This document shows positions 20,424 to 29,127 of a stretch of 64,000 nucleotides of DNA, piece after piece. Under the pieces are notes generated by a model. It was not told the DNA's origin. It saw only the letters and a program-made list of their open reading frames with translations, and did not search any database. A program made the position numbers and the translations under genes. The DNA comes from an uncultured cyanobacterium (GTDB lineage Bacteria; Cyanobacteriota; Vampirovibrionia; Gastranaerophilales; Gastranaerophilaceae), in assembly GCA_945487905.1 (NCBI GenBank), contig CALYTW010000001.1, positions 15,600 to 79,599 on the forward strand. Direction: 5' to 3'. Numbering within the stretch: position 1 is the stretch's first letter; every line of letters starts with the position of its first letter.

Positions 20424-21683
20424 TTACCCCTCGCATGGGCATTTGCCTCGTTTTAACATTTCGATAAGCGGGTTTAAGAAAGCTTCTTCATTTTTGCATT
20501 CAAGTTTTAAAGCATAATAAGCAATTTCAGCCAGCTCTTTACAAATTCCCAATATGGGAGTTTTCCCTATTTTTGAATGAATTGCTTTTCTTGCAACGGT
20601 GTATCTGAGTTCACGAATTTCATTAATCGTATACCTGTTAAGCATCTTTTCAACTTCTTCAAAAGCGGATTGTGAATACATTATTCCTTTGTACATTGCA
20701 GGAACTGAATATTCCAAACCGTCGCCTACGCAGTCATGGTTACGGATTTCCAAAAAGTTTCTCAATCTGACTTCAGGAAAATATAAATTGCAGTGGAGTT
20801 TCCAATCATCCATAAGAGGAATAAATCCCTCAAACCCTTTGTCCATAAATTGTCTGAAAGTCATTCTTCCGTTTATTTCAACCGGTGCATTTTCTCTGTT
20901 TATAAATATCATCGGTGTATCCAGAAGTAACTTTACATAATCTCTGAAGGACATGTTGCTGCTGAAATTTGTTGCAAAACCGCACCTTTCGTTATCCGTA
21001 TTAAGCCATGCTAAAGCTCTAAATGACTTATATCCGGTATTTACCCCTCCTCTTATGTCTGAGTTTGCATACATTGCCGTCATGAAAGGCATCATAATGT
21101 TTGCGAGTCTGAATTTTCTCATGGCATCTTCTTCGGATTTATAATCTATACCGACTTGAATTCCTGCGGTTTCTCTCATCATAACATCCGAAAGTATTCC
21201 CCATAGATAATTTGCCATTACATGGTATCTTTTCTTTGGTATAAGTTTTATGTTCCTATACGTTGTTTTGGGAGAAACTCCTTTGTTTAACAGAGTTATT
21301 TCGAATTTATCCAAAACAGGCTGCAGTGCGGAATTTATTTTTTCAATATTTTCTTTTAATTCTGCTATCGTATTTTGAGGCTCCATGCTCAACTCAAATT
21401 GGCATCCGGGTTCAAGTGTAATTGTATCGTGAAGTTTTTTAAGTCCTATAATTTCATTTCCGTCAAGAATGTAATCCCAGTTGTCAATTTTGGCAAATTC
21501 TCTTAAAAGTTCGCAGATGCCGAATGCTCCCTCATATGGAACAACCTGCAGAGAACTCTTGTTAACTGGAATTCTTTCGTATTCCATTCCGACTTTTCGT
21601 TCGGTCTTACAGCCTAAAATAAATTCTTCTGCTAATTGGCTGTACTCCAGACGTTTTTCGGATTTAGTTTCACAGTAATTCAC
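20424..21683 (-). CDS. glutamate--cysteine ligase family protein (plant/cyanobacterial GCS2-like)
   Basis: 419 aa. VGMEYERIPV and LEPGCQFELS are typical of GCS2-type ligases. GTG start with AAGGAG RBS 6 nt upstream. Confidence 0.6.
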   Translation of the reverse strand: MNYCETKSEKRLEYSQLAEEFILGCKTERKVGMEYERIPVNKSSLQVVPYEGAFGICELLREFAKIDNWDYILDGNEIIGLKKLHDTITLEPGCQFELSMEPQNTIAELKENIEKINSALQPVLDKFEITLLNKGVSPKTTYRNIKLIPKKRYHVMANYLWGILSDVMMRETAGIQVGIDYKSEEDAMRKFRLANIMMPFMTAMYANSDIRGGVNTGYKSFRALAWLNTDNERCGFATNFSSNMSFRDYVKLLLDTPMIFINRENAPVEINGRMTFRQFMDKGFEGFIPLMDDWKLHCNLYFPEVRLRNFLEIRNHDCVGDGLEYSVPAMYKGIMYSQSAFEEVEKMLNRYTINEIRELRYTVARKAIHSKIGKTPILGICKELAEIAYYALKLECKNEEAFLNPLIEMLKRGKCPCEG

Positions 21684-21807
21684 GATGCACTCCTTATTTT
21701 TAATTATAACTCAAACACTAGTGAATAGTTTTTCTTTTTCACTTTATTAACACAATACTTCCTTTTTACACTTTAAGCATTTCCCTGTTTGTACTAAAAT
21801 AAATACC

Positions 21808-22644
21808 ATGGTGGATTATTTACAAAGAGCAAAATATTTTAGAACAAAAAAACGTCTTGGTCAGAATTTTTTGATAAATCCTGAAATTATAAGCGACATT
21901 ATTGAATTTGCAGATATTCACTCTGAGGACATTATTCTGGAAATCGGTCCTGGGGTTGGTTTTGTTACGGAACAACTGGTTAAATATGCGAAAAAAGTTA
22001 TTGCTGTAGAGCTTGATGAAGAAGCGATTAAAGAACTTCAAAAACTTGAAGCTGATAATTTGGAAATTATCCATGCCGATATTTTGAAAACAGATTTGTC
22101 AGAATTGTGCGGGGGTAAATTGAAAGTTGTGGCTAATATTCCTTATTATATAACTTCGCCTATTATTGCACATCTTCTTGGCGAAATTGACGACTTGGAT
22201 AATAAAAACAGGGTAAAAATTGAGAATATAATTTTAATGGTGCAGGAAGAAGTTGCACATAGGATTGTTGCTACTGAAAAATCATCAGGAAAACAATACG
22301 GGCTTTTGACAATACTTTCTCAATTCTGGGCAGATTGTTCGATATTGAGGCTTGTAGGAAGAAAATCCTTTTACCCTGCACCAAAAGTAAATTCCGCACT
22401 TGTTTCTATGAAGGTTCGAAAAGAACCATTGCTTAAACTTTCAGATTATTCATTTTTCAGAAAAGTTGTTAAAGCGGGATTTGCACAACGCAGAAAAACA
22501 TTGAAGAATTGTCTTTTAAATGCAGGTTTTAACAGAGATAAAACAGAAAATGCAATAACAAAAATGGGGCTTGATGAAAATATCAGGGGGGAAAAGCTTT
22601 CAATAAAGCAATTTGGGGATTTGTCAGAAGTATTAAAGGAGTAA
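21808..22644 (+). CDS. rsmA: 16S rRNA (adenine1518/1519-N6)-dimethyltransferase
   Basis: KKRLGQNFLINPEI, EIGPGVGFVT, VANIPYYITSPI. Confidence 0.9.
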   Translation: MVDYLQRAKYFRTKKRLGQNFLINPEIISDIIEFADIHSEDIILEIGPGVGFVTEQLVKYAKKVIAVELDEEAIKELQKLEADNLEIIHADILKTDLSELCGGKLKVVANIPYYITSPIIAHLLGEIDDLDNKNRVKIENIILMVQEEVAHRIVATEKSSGKQYGLLTILSQFWADCSILRLVGRKSFYPAPKVNSALVSMKVRKEPLLKLSDYSFFRKVVKAGFAQRRKTLKNCLLNAGFNRDKTENAITKMGLDENIRGEKLSIKQFGDLSEVLKE

Positions 22645-22647
22645 ATT

Positions 22648-23250
22648 ATGGATACAAACGCATTATTTAAAATCGGTTACGGATTATATGTTTTGACTGC
22701 CCGTGAAAATGACAAAGATAACGGCTGTATTATAAATACGGTTATGCAAGTTACTTCAGATCCTTGCATGATTGCAGTTGCAGTTAATAAAAAGAACTAT
22801 ACCAATGAAATGATTTCAAGAACCCGTAAGTTTAATGTTTCAACTCTTACTGAGGGGGCGAAGTTTGATTTGTTTAAACATTTTGGATTCCAAAGCGGCA
22901 GAGAGATAAATAAATTTGAGACTTTTCACGATGTCAAACGCTCTAATAACGGAGTTTTGTACATTACTCAAAATACAAATGCATATATGTCAGGATATGT
23001 ACAGCAAGAATTAGACCTTGGAACACATACAATGTTTATCGGTCAGCTTGTGGAAGCCGAATGCTTATCTGATATTCATACAGTGACGTACGATTTTTAC
23101 CAGAAAAATATTAAACCTAAACCTGAACAAACTCAAAAGAAAGGCTGGCGTTGCAAAATTTGCGGTTATGTATATGAAGGCGAAACCTTGCCGGCGGATT
23201 TTATTTGCCCTTGGTGCAAACACGGCGCAGCTGATTTTGAAAAAATCTAG
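22648..23250 (+). CDS. flavin reductase-like domain fused to C-terminal rubredoxin (high-molecular-weight rubredoxin type)
   Basis: N-terminus YGLYVLTA..NGCIINTV (flavin reductase fold). C-terminus WRCKICGYVYEG..PADFICPWCKHG (rubredoxin CxxC...CxxC). Confidence 0.8.
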   Translation: MDTNALFKIGYGLYVLTARENDKDNGCIINTVMQVTSDPCMIAVAVNKKNYTNEMISRTRKFNVSTLTEGAKFDLFKHFGFQSGREINKFETFHDVKRSNNGVLYITQNTNAYMSGYVQQELDLGTHTMFIGQLVEAECLSDIHTVTYDFYQKNIKPKPEQTQKKGWRCKICGYVYEGETLPADFICPWCKHGAADFEKI

Positions 23251-23260
23251 ATAATAGGAC

Positions 23261-23289
23261 TTGAAAAGGGATTGAAAGTCATTTATACT
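23261..23289 (+). promoter_or_regulatory. candidate sigma-70 promoter upstream of the ssrA locus
   Basis: TTGAAA (23261-23266), 17-nt spacer, TATACT (23284-23289). Lies upstream of both copies of the tmRNA 5' end. Confidence 0.4.
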
Positions 23290-23356
23290 GTTAGAACGAA
23301 CATTGAAAACAGTTTTTGTTGGGTTAGTAAACCCAACCTACATCTAACAACTAACG

Positions 23357-23377
23357 TGGGGATGTACCGGTTTCGAC
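23357..23377 (+). repeat. upstream duplicate of the tmRNA 5' end (21/21 identical to 23517-23537)
   Basis: TGGGGATGTACCGGTTTCGAC occurs twice, 160 nt apart. Confidence 0.9.
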
Positions 23378-23517
23378 GCCTGTCCGGCGAGGACAATGGG
23401 CAAGCCGAATGAGCGAATGCGAATGAGGTGGAGCCGAGAAAAGCGGAGTTGCGTTTGCGAAGGCAAATGCAAGCAGGCTTTTCGAGCGGAGCCGTCTTCC
23501 CCAACAAAATTTACCAT

Positions 23518-23913
23518 GGGGATGTACCGGTTTCGACATTGTGATTGGTAGATTCGGGTTGCGAGTGCGGGAGCTGTGCCCGCTTATCAACGAGCAAATT
23601 AAAATAAACGCTAATAACGTTGTATCTATGGCTGATTACAGAGCACAAAGACTCGCTGCTTAATTATAGCAGTTACAGCCCATTCTTCCCGACCAGCTTG
23701 CCGTTGGGATAAGAATGAACGTATGCAAGATGCAGTACGCAAATGATGGTATGCGTATCAAGTTTACCATTGGAGGTTAGACTTCCGTTAAAAAGTCTTT
23801 GGATTTACTTAGGTTATGTAACTTTCCTTGTGAATTCGAGATAATAAGTTACTACACTCGTAGATATCAGCTTTTATCCGCTATGGACAGGGGTTCAACT
23901 CCCCTCATCTCCA
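23518..23913 (+). ncRNA. ssrA: tmRNA (one-piece, standard gene order)
   Basis: 5' GGGGATGTACCGGTTTCGAC. Resume codon GCT at 23610; tag ANNVVSMADYRAQRLAA with TAA at 23661-23663. T-arm GGGGTTCAACTCCCC. 3' strand CATCTCC-A pairs with GGGGATG including a G3:U wobble. CCA is not encoded. Confidence 0.85.
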
Positions 23914-23943
23914 GTTTATGACTTAAAATAAAAATTTATAAAT

Positions 23944-23970
23944 ACCAGTAAAATCAATAGTTTTACTGGT
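23944..23970 (+). terminator. hairpin downstream of ssrA
   Basis: ACCAGTAAAA-TCAATAG-TTTTACTGGT, followed by an AT-rich tail. Confidence 0.5.
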
Positions 23971-24113
23971 TATAAATTAAGTGCAAGTGTGAGTATAACC
24001 TTTCTGGACATTTTGGATTGGAGTTTTAAGGGAGGTATGCCCGATTTTAGGGAGATAGAGACTGTTTTTGCGTGTTGAGATTGGTGTGAAATTTTTGCAC
24101 TTATTTACAGTGA

Positions 24114-24960
24114 TTATGCAGCAAGTAACCTTAAAGCCTTGTTACCATTGTGTTTAATGCCTATAAATTTTTGTTGAAAATATTTTTTAGCTTCATATAA
24201 ACTCCTTTTGTTTTGTCTTTCAAGTAGCATTAATTCCTGTAAATACACGTATATGTAGTGTTTTTGAGCATTTGTACGGTAGTTTTGACATTCTTCCAAG
24301 TGGCAAAGTTGCTTTAAATTTCTGAATAACACCTCAATCTTCCACCTGTCACGGTACTCTTTAACAATTTGTTGTCGTGTAATGTTCTTTCCTGTCGCAT
24401 TTGTGACGTAGTATCTCTTACAGTGCTTTGCTACACTGCCCCTATGTCCAACACCTTTCAAATATCCACTCTCTGCATAAGGTTGGAAACGATGCATTTT
24501 TAATTGCTGACCATTAAATGAACGATTGCTTGCTAATTGACTGTAATACCTCAAATTATTATTATCTAACCAGTTTAATAATTTACCGCTGCTGTATTTA
24601 CTATCAAAACATACTTTGTATGGCCTAATTCCTAGTCTAAGTGCATATTGTAGAGATTCTAATGCAAATTCATTTTTTTGTTTTGATTGGTTTTCCGTTT
24701 GTATCTTTTTCGTATACCATAAATTTTATTGGTATATTTTTAGTTCCATCACTCCATAACAGCACTGTTAATGATATTCCGGTAATGAAATCTGCATTTA
24801 ACTTGAATACTGCCAATATACACATTCATTTGTTTTTGAGAAAGATTTTTCTATGATTGTATCGTCAATCATCAACCAACCTTTTGTCCAATCAATGCCC
24901 TGTTTGTAACAAAATGTAAACAATTTAAAATCAGTTGGCTTCTTCGGAGGTAAATGAACT
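24114..24960 (-). pseudogene. decayed DDE transposase (IS4/IS701-like), 5'-truncated, at least two frameshifts
   Basis: Intact 3' ORF 24114-24554 carries YRDRWKIEVLFRNLKQ (the Y-x2-R-x3-E-x6-K signature). Upstream pieces in other frames read GWLMIDDTIIEK and PYKVCFDSKYSSGKLL. Frame breaks are near 24800 and at the T7/A7 run 24673-24679. Confidence 0.7.
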
Positions 24961-24980
24961 TTGCTTAGAGTGACGAGAGT

Positions 24981-25136
24981 TAAGTAAACGGGATTCTTCG
25001 GCTAAAGCCTCAGAATGACGTATTTTGTCATCCTGAGGGTTCTTTCTTTTTTGTCATCCTGAGGGAGTGAAACGACCGAAGGATCTCTTAAATCAGTAAG
25101 TTTACGGGATTCTTCGGCAAAAGCCTCAGAATGACG
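24981..25136. repeat. nested palindromic mini-repeats (GTCATYCTGAGG...CCGAAGRATC family)
   Basis: 40-nt direct repeats at 24981-25020 and 25097-25136 (about 37/40 identical). TGTCATCCTGAGGG at 25026-25039 and 25052-25065 is the inverted partner of CCTCAGAATGAC. Confidence 0.8.
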
Positions 25137-25166
25137 AATGGAGGTGGGGTAAGAGTGGAAAAAATG

Positions 25167-25195
25167 AAAAAAAGCGGTCTAATGACCGCTTTTTA
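25167..25195 (-). terminator. intrinsic terminator downstream of the pilin gene (bidirectional look)
   Basis: AAAAAAGCGGTC-TAAT-GACCGCTTTTT. Confidence 0.7.
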
Positions 25196-25224
25196 TATAT
25201 TTTAGTTTACTCTCTCGCTAATTA

Positions 25225-25896
25225 TTAGTTTTCAAATGCCCATCTTGCAGCTGCACCGTTCGGGAATGCAAACGGTCCTCTTAATCTTATACCAAATTGG
25301 TCTTTAATAACTCTGTTTGCTTTAGAGCATTCCCTATCCTCATCTGATACAAAAGAATCTGCAGTCATCGTTGTATTACCATGACAGTTTGAAAGCAAAT
25401 TCGGTTTCTTAACACCGTTGTAGTCATATACAACACCAAATCCGTGTGCCAAACCATCCGGTTCAATTGCATTTGCCTCAGCTATGTTTGCTTGAGCAGC
25501 TCTAGGATATGAAACAGCTGAACCGTCTCTGAAGAATACTACATAATTAGCAGCGGTCGCATCAACGAGATTTGCATCGCCCGAACCTCCGTTGTTTGAT
25601 GCTCTATAATCAATCTGAGTTCTGTTAACCAGCAAACCTGTCATAGATTGCTGTGTTTCAACATCGTCATCCGATACCGCACCTGATTCTTCTCTTAAAC
25701 CTGCATAGTCAAACCCGTCGATAGCCTGATTGGTTTGAGCCGCCTCGGTTAAAGTATTAATACCTTTTTTAAGTCCTGTTTTGGCTTGTTGTTCTTGAGT
25801 ATTTGTCATCAATGCCGGTAAAGTCATCGTTGCGACAACACCAATGATAGCCAATGTAACCAGAACTTCTGCGAGAGTAAACCCTATCTTTTTCAT
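25225..25896 (-). CDS. prepilin-type N-terminal cleavage/methylation domain protein (type IV pilin or pseudopilin)
   Basis: MKKIGFTLAEVLVTLAIIGVVATMTLPAL is a class III signal peptide with G/F cleavage site and Glu at +5. ATG at 25896 with AAGGA RBS. Confidence 0.8.
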   Translation of the reverse strand: MKKIGFTLAEVLVTLAIIGVVATMTLPALMTNTQEQQAKTGLKKGINTLTEAAQTNQAIDGFDYAGLREESGAVSDDDVETQQSMTGLLVNRTQIDYRASNNGGSGDANLVDATAANYVVFFRDGSAVSYPRAAQANIAEANAIEPDGLAHGFGVVYDYNGVKKPNLLSNCHGNTTMTADSFVSDEDRECSKANRVIKDQFGIRLRGPFAFPNGAAARWAFEN

Positions 25897-26054
25897 TGTA
25901 TAATTCCTTTCTCTTCTTAACAAAAATACCTAATATATAGCATTGCAATTACCATTATAAACATTGCAAAAATTTATGTCAAGTATTTTAAAAGCAAGTG
26001 TTTTGAAAGGAAGTGAAGTAAATAAAGCACTAAGAGGTAAGCCGGATAAATTAG

Positions 26055-26546
26055 TTACCTTTCTCTGATAATAAAATTCGCAACTTGATCTTTGAATAAG
26101 CCTATGTATTTTGAAGACCCTACTATCAAGCGCTCAAATTCTTCATTTGACATGCTGTTTAAAACCCGTTCTTCAACTTCAATAATAGGGAGTATATTTT
26201 CTTTAATGTGTTCTTTGCCTTTTTGAGTTAAATATATATGCATGTTGGGATATTTACCGGCTTTAAGTTTAATAAAACCTTCTTTTTCAAGCCTTTTAAT
26301 TGAAGAATTAATCGTCTTCTTACTCATATAGCTGGTTTCCGCAATATCTTTCTGCAAACAGCCTACACCCAGAGACAGTATTGCAATCATGACAACAAAC
26401 TCGCTGTCCGAAATATTTTTTGTAGCCAGAAGTGATTGATAAATGCTGTCTATTTCACACAGCATTACGGTTAATTGTTTTAATCTTTCATTTATTTCAA
26501 ATTCCATAGTCTGCATGTTAGCATAACATGCATCTAAATCAAACAA
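26055..26546 (-). CDS. MarR family transcriptional regulator
   Basis: wHTH region LQKDIAETSYMSKKTINSSIKRLEKEGFI. Start uncertain (TTG 26546, ATG 26516 or ATG 26507). Confidence 0.8.
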   Translation of the reverse strand: MFDLDACYANMQTMEFEINERLKQLTVMLCEIDSIYQSLLATKNISDSEFVVMIAILSLGVGCLQKDIAETSYMSKKTINSSIKRLEKEGFIKLKAGKYPNMHIYLTQKGKEHIKENILPIIEVEERVLNSMSNEEFERLIVGSSKYIGLFKDQVANFIIRER

Positions 26547-26597
26547 GTAAATAAATTTATTATAATCACATTACCCACGTCACTTACTCCACAATTG

Positions 26598-26609
26598 TTA
26601 CATTTGTAA
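26598..26609. promoter_or_regulatory. candidate operator palindrome in the MarR/aminotransferase divergent region
   Basis: TTACA-TT-TGTAA. A second TTACA half-site is at 26663-26667. Confidence 0.2.
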
Positions 26610-26697
26610 ATGGTCTGATTAAAGACTATTGATTTTTAAAAAATTATGTGTTAACTTTAGATTTACAAAAGGTGTATTTTTTTTAAGGATAAATTAA

Positions 26698-28176
26698 ATG
26701 TTTGGTTTAAAAGAAAAAGGGGTAAATACAGAAAATAAAGATCTGTCAAAAGTTACTATGCCCAATTCAAAAGTTGCTTCATCGAGTTCCGCTTCTCAGC
26801 TTTCAATCTCAGATGAAGATGTTAAAAAGTTAGATGCAGTCTACAGCTCTTGGGGAGATACAGTTCACTATTCTAAAGACCCGAAAGTTTTCAGAGGTTG
26901 TGAAGGTTCATACATGTATGATGATAAAGATATTCCGTATTTAGATTTGCAGATGATGTATTCTGCAGCAAATTTCGGATACAGAAATCAGAGAATTACG
27001 GATGCTGTTATTGATCAAATGAACACAATGCCTCAATTAACACCAAAATTCTTACAGCCCTACAAATCGCTGCTTTCAGAAAAAATGGAAAAAATGATTG
27101 AAGCAAGATTCCATGAAAAAGGAAGAATGCATTTTAACGTAGGCGGTGCGCAGGCAAATGAAGATGCAATAAAAGTTGTAAGAAATTATACGCATAGAAA
27201 CGGTATGTTTGCATTCCAGGGCGGTTATCACGGAAGAACAATTGCTGCAACCTGTATAACTTCAAGTTTCCGTTACAGAGAAAAATACGGACACTTTGGC
27301 GACAGAGCAAATTTCGTTCCTTTCCCGTATTGCTTCAGATGCCCTTACGGAATGAATTGCGAATCATGTAACCATTTCTGCGTAAAACAATTCGCAAGAA
27401 ATTTTGAATCAGAATACAAAGCTATTTATGACCCGAAAACAAAAGAATGTGAATACAAAGCGTTTATCGGCGAACCTATCTTAGGAACAGGCGGTTATAT
27501 TAATCCGCCGGAATGGTACTGGAAGGAAATGAAACAAGTTCTTGATGACCACGGAATTATGCTTGTAATAGACGAAGTTCAGATGGGTATGTTCAGAACA
27601 GGTAAACTTTGGGCAATCGAAAACTACGGAATTGTTCCTGATGTAATGACATTCGCTAAGTCTATAACTAACGGTATGAACCCGCTTGCAGGCTTTTGGG
27701 CTAAAGAAAAATTCATCGCACCTGATGTATTCACTCCGGGTTCTGCTCATTCAACATACTGTTCTAACCCGATTGGCGTTAGAGCTGCTTATGAAGTTAT
27801 GTCAATAGTTGAAGAACAGGAAAAAACATTAGAATCAGAAATTCAGAGAAAATCAGTATTGTTCATGCGTGGTTTGAATTACCTGAAAAACAAATACAAA
27901 GAAGTCGGCGATGTGGGCGGTATAGGATTTGCTTTGAGAATAGAATTAACTCAAAAAGACGGAATTACTCCTAACAGAGAACTCTGCGATGCCATGCAGG
28001 AGGAAGGTCTGAAGGGAGATTTGTCATACCACGGCAAAAAATGCGGTCTTGTGCTTAACAATGGCGGTTTCTACAAAAACATTATCACTCTTGTTCCGCA
28101 ATTATACATTTCTGACGAAGAAATCGAAATGTCAATTGACTTGTTAGACCAATTACTGAGCAGATTGACAAAATAA
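26698..28176 (+). CDS. class III (omega) PLP-dependent aminotransferase
   Basis: GGAQANEDAIK, DEVQMGMFRTGKLWA, and TFAKSITNG (PLP lysine). Confidence 0.85.
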   Translation: MFGLKEKGVNTENKDLSKVTMPNSKVASSSSASQLSISDEDVKKLDAVYSSWGDTVHYSKDPKVFRGCEGSYMYDDKDIPYLDLQMMYSAANFGYRNQRITDAVIDQMNTMPQLTPKFLQPYKSLLSEKMEKMIEARFHEKGRMHFNVGGAQANEDAIKVVRNYTHRNGMFAFQGGYHGRTIAATCITSSFRYREKYGHFGDRANFVPFPYCFRCPYGMNCESCNHFCVKQFARNFESEYKAIYDPKTKECEYKAFIGEPILGTGGYINPPEWYWKEMKQVLDDHGIMLVIDEVQMGMFRTGKLWAIENYGIVPDVMTFAKSITNGMNPLAGFWAKEKFIAPDVFTPGSAHSTYCSNPIGVRAAYEVMSIVEEQEKTLESEIQRKSVLFMRGLNYLKNKYKEVGDVGGIGFALRIELTQKDGITPNRELCDAMQEEGLKGDLSYHGKKCGLVLNNGGFYKNIITLVPQLYISDEEIEMSIDLLDQLLSRLTK

Positions 28177-28195
28177 GGTAACGTACAGTTGTTTA

Positions 28196-28234
28196 GAGGT
28201 ATGGCAAATGGAAAAGTTAGCTTTCCCATACCTC
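28196..28234 (+). repeat. stem-loop element, copy 2 (GAGGTATGG...CCATACCTC)
   Basis: Perfect 9-bp outer stem with inner GGAAAG/CTTTCC stem, followed by CCATACCT CCATTCAT CCATACTT octamers. No U tract. Confidence 0.6.
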
Positions 28235-28287
28235 CATTCATCCATACTTCTAAGGACAATTAATTTTATGGGGTAAAGCATTGTACC

Positions 28288-29127
28288 ATGACTTTAGATT
28301 TTATTTTAAAACATGACGGTGTAAATGAAAAACCAAAAGGTGCTGTCCTGTTGTTGCATGGACTTACGGGCAGTCCTTTTGAGTTGAAAAAATACGGACA
28401 ATTTCTGTACAACAACGGTTATGACGTTTTTGCGGAGTGTCTCCCCGGTCACGGAGAAAAGTTTGAAGAAATTTATACAGTAAATTATCAGAATTGGCTC
28501 GATTTTGCGTATTCGAGATTTGAAAAACTAAAGTCAGAATACAAAAATGTATTTGTATCAGGGTTATGTCTTGGTGCTGTTCTTGCACTCGCTGTTGGAA
28601 TGAAGTACAGAGAACAGGTCTCAGGCATAATTTCACTTTCCACCACCCTGTATTTAGACGGCTGGAGGCTACCTTGGTATAAGTGCTTTATGCCAATTGC
28701 TCTCTCTACAATTTTAAGATTTTATTATAATTACCCTGAATGCGAACCGCACGGAGTAAAAAATCTTAAAACACGAAATGCAGTTAAAAAACTTCTTGCA
28801 AAAGGAGATGTCGGGATGAATGATTTTCCGATGACAGGATTTAAGGAGCTTTTGGAACTTTCGGCTTTTGTCCGTAATGGTGTAAACAAGGTTGTCTCGC
28901 CTATCCTGATTATCCATTCTAAGGAAGATGATTTAACCAGTACAAAATCCGCAGAAGTTGTCTACAAAAAAATATCTTCAAAAGATAAAGAATATATCAT
29001 CCTATATGATAGTTATCATATGGTTTTGTATGACAATGAAAAAGAATTTGTATTTGAAAAATCTCTGAGATTTTTGGACAATCATCTGAAAAGCGAAACC
29101 AACACGGAGGATTTTGTATGTATTTAA
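28288..29127 (+). CDS. Est30-like alpha/beta hydrolase (carboxylesterase/monoacylglycerol lipase family) with Cys at the nucleophile position
   Basis: AVLLLHGLTGSP; VSGLCLGAV in place of GLSLGG; HSKEDD (Asp); DSYHMV (His). Confidence 0.75.
   Translation: MTLDFILKHDGVNEKPKGAVLLLHGLTGSPFELKKYGQFLYNNGYDVFAECLPGHGEKFEEIYTVNYQNWLDFAYSRFEKLKSEYKNVFVSGLCLGAVLALAVGMKYREQVSGIISLSTTLYLDGWRLPWYKCFMPIALSTILRFYYNYPECEPHGVKNLKTRNAVKKLLAKGDVGMNDFPMTGFKELLELSAFVRNGVNKVVSPILIIHSKEDDLTSTKSAEVVYKKISSKDKEYIILYDSYHMVLYDNEKEFVFEKSLRFLDNHLKSETNTEDFVCI

Noticed and set aside
23428-23448. Possible group II intron domain V-like hairpin (GAGCCGAGAAAAGCGGAG) inside the ssrA insert
   Set aside because: Only about 3 bp (CCG/CGG) can pair. 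There is no AGC-triad stem, bulge or GNRA loop arrangement.
23283-23590. ORF-track ORFs 23283-23507(-) and 23351-23590(-); a 55-codon plus-strand ORF from ATG 23396; and an open frame running from 23427 into the tmRNA tag
   Set aside because: All lie in the GC-rich ssrA leader/5' region, where stop codons are rare by composition. They have no RBS and their peptides are low-complexity and Arg/Cys-rich. The read-through into the tag frame lacks a start codon and looks coincidental.
28201-28263. 20-codon mini-ORF MANGKVSFPIPPFIHTSKDN inside stem-loop copy 2
   Set aside because: The GAGG lies only 1 nt from the ATG, too close for a functional SD. Copy 1 of the element has no equivalent ORF, so the RNA structure is the more parsimonious explanation.
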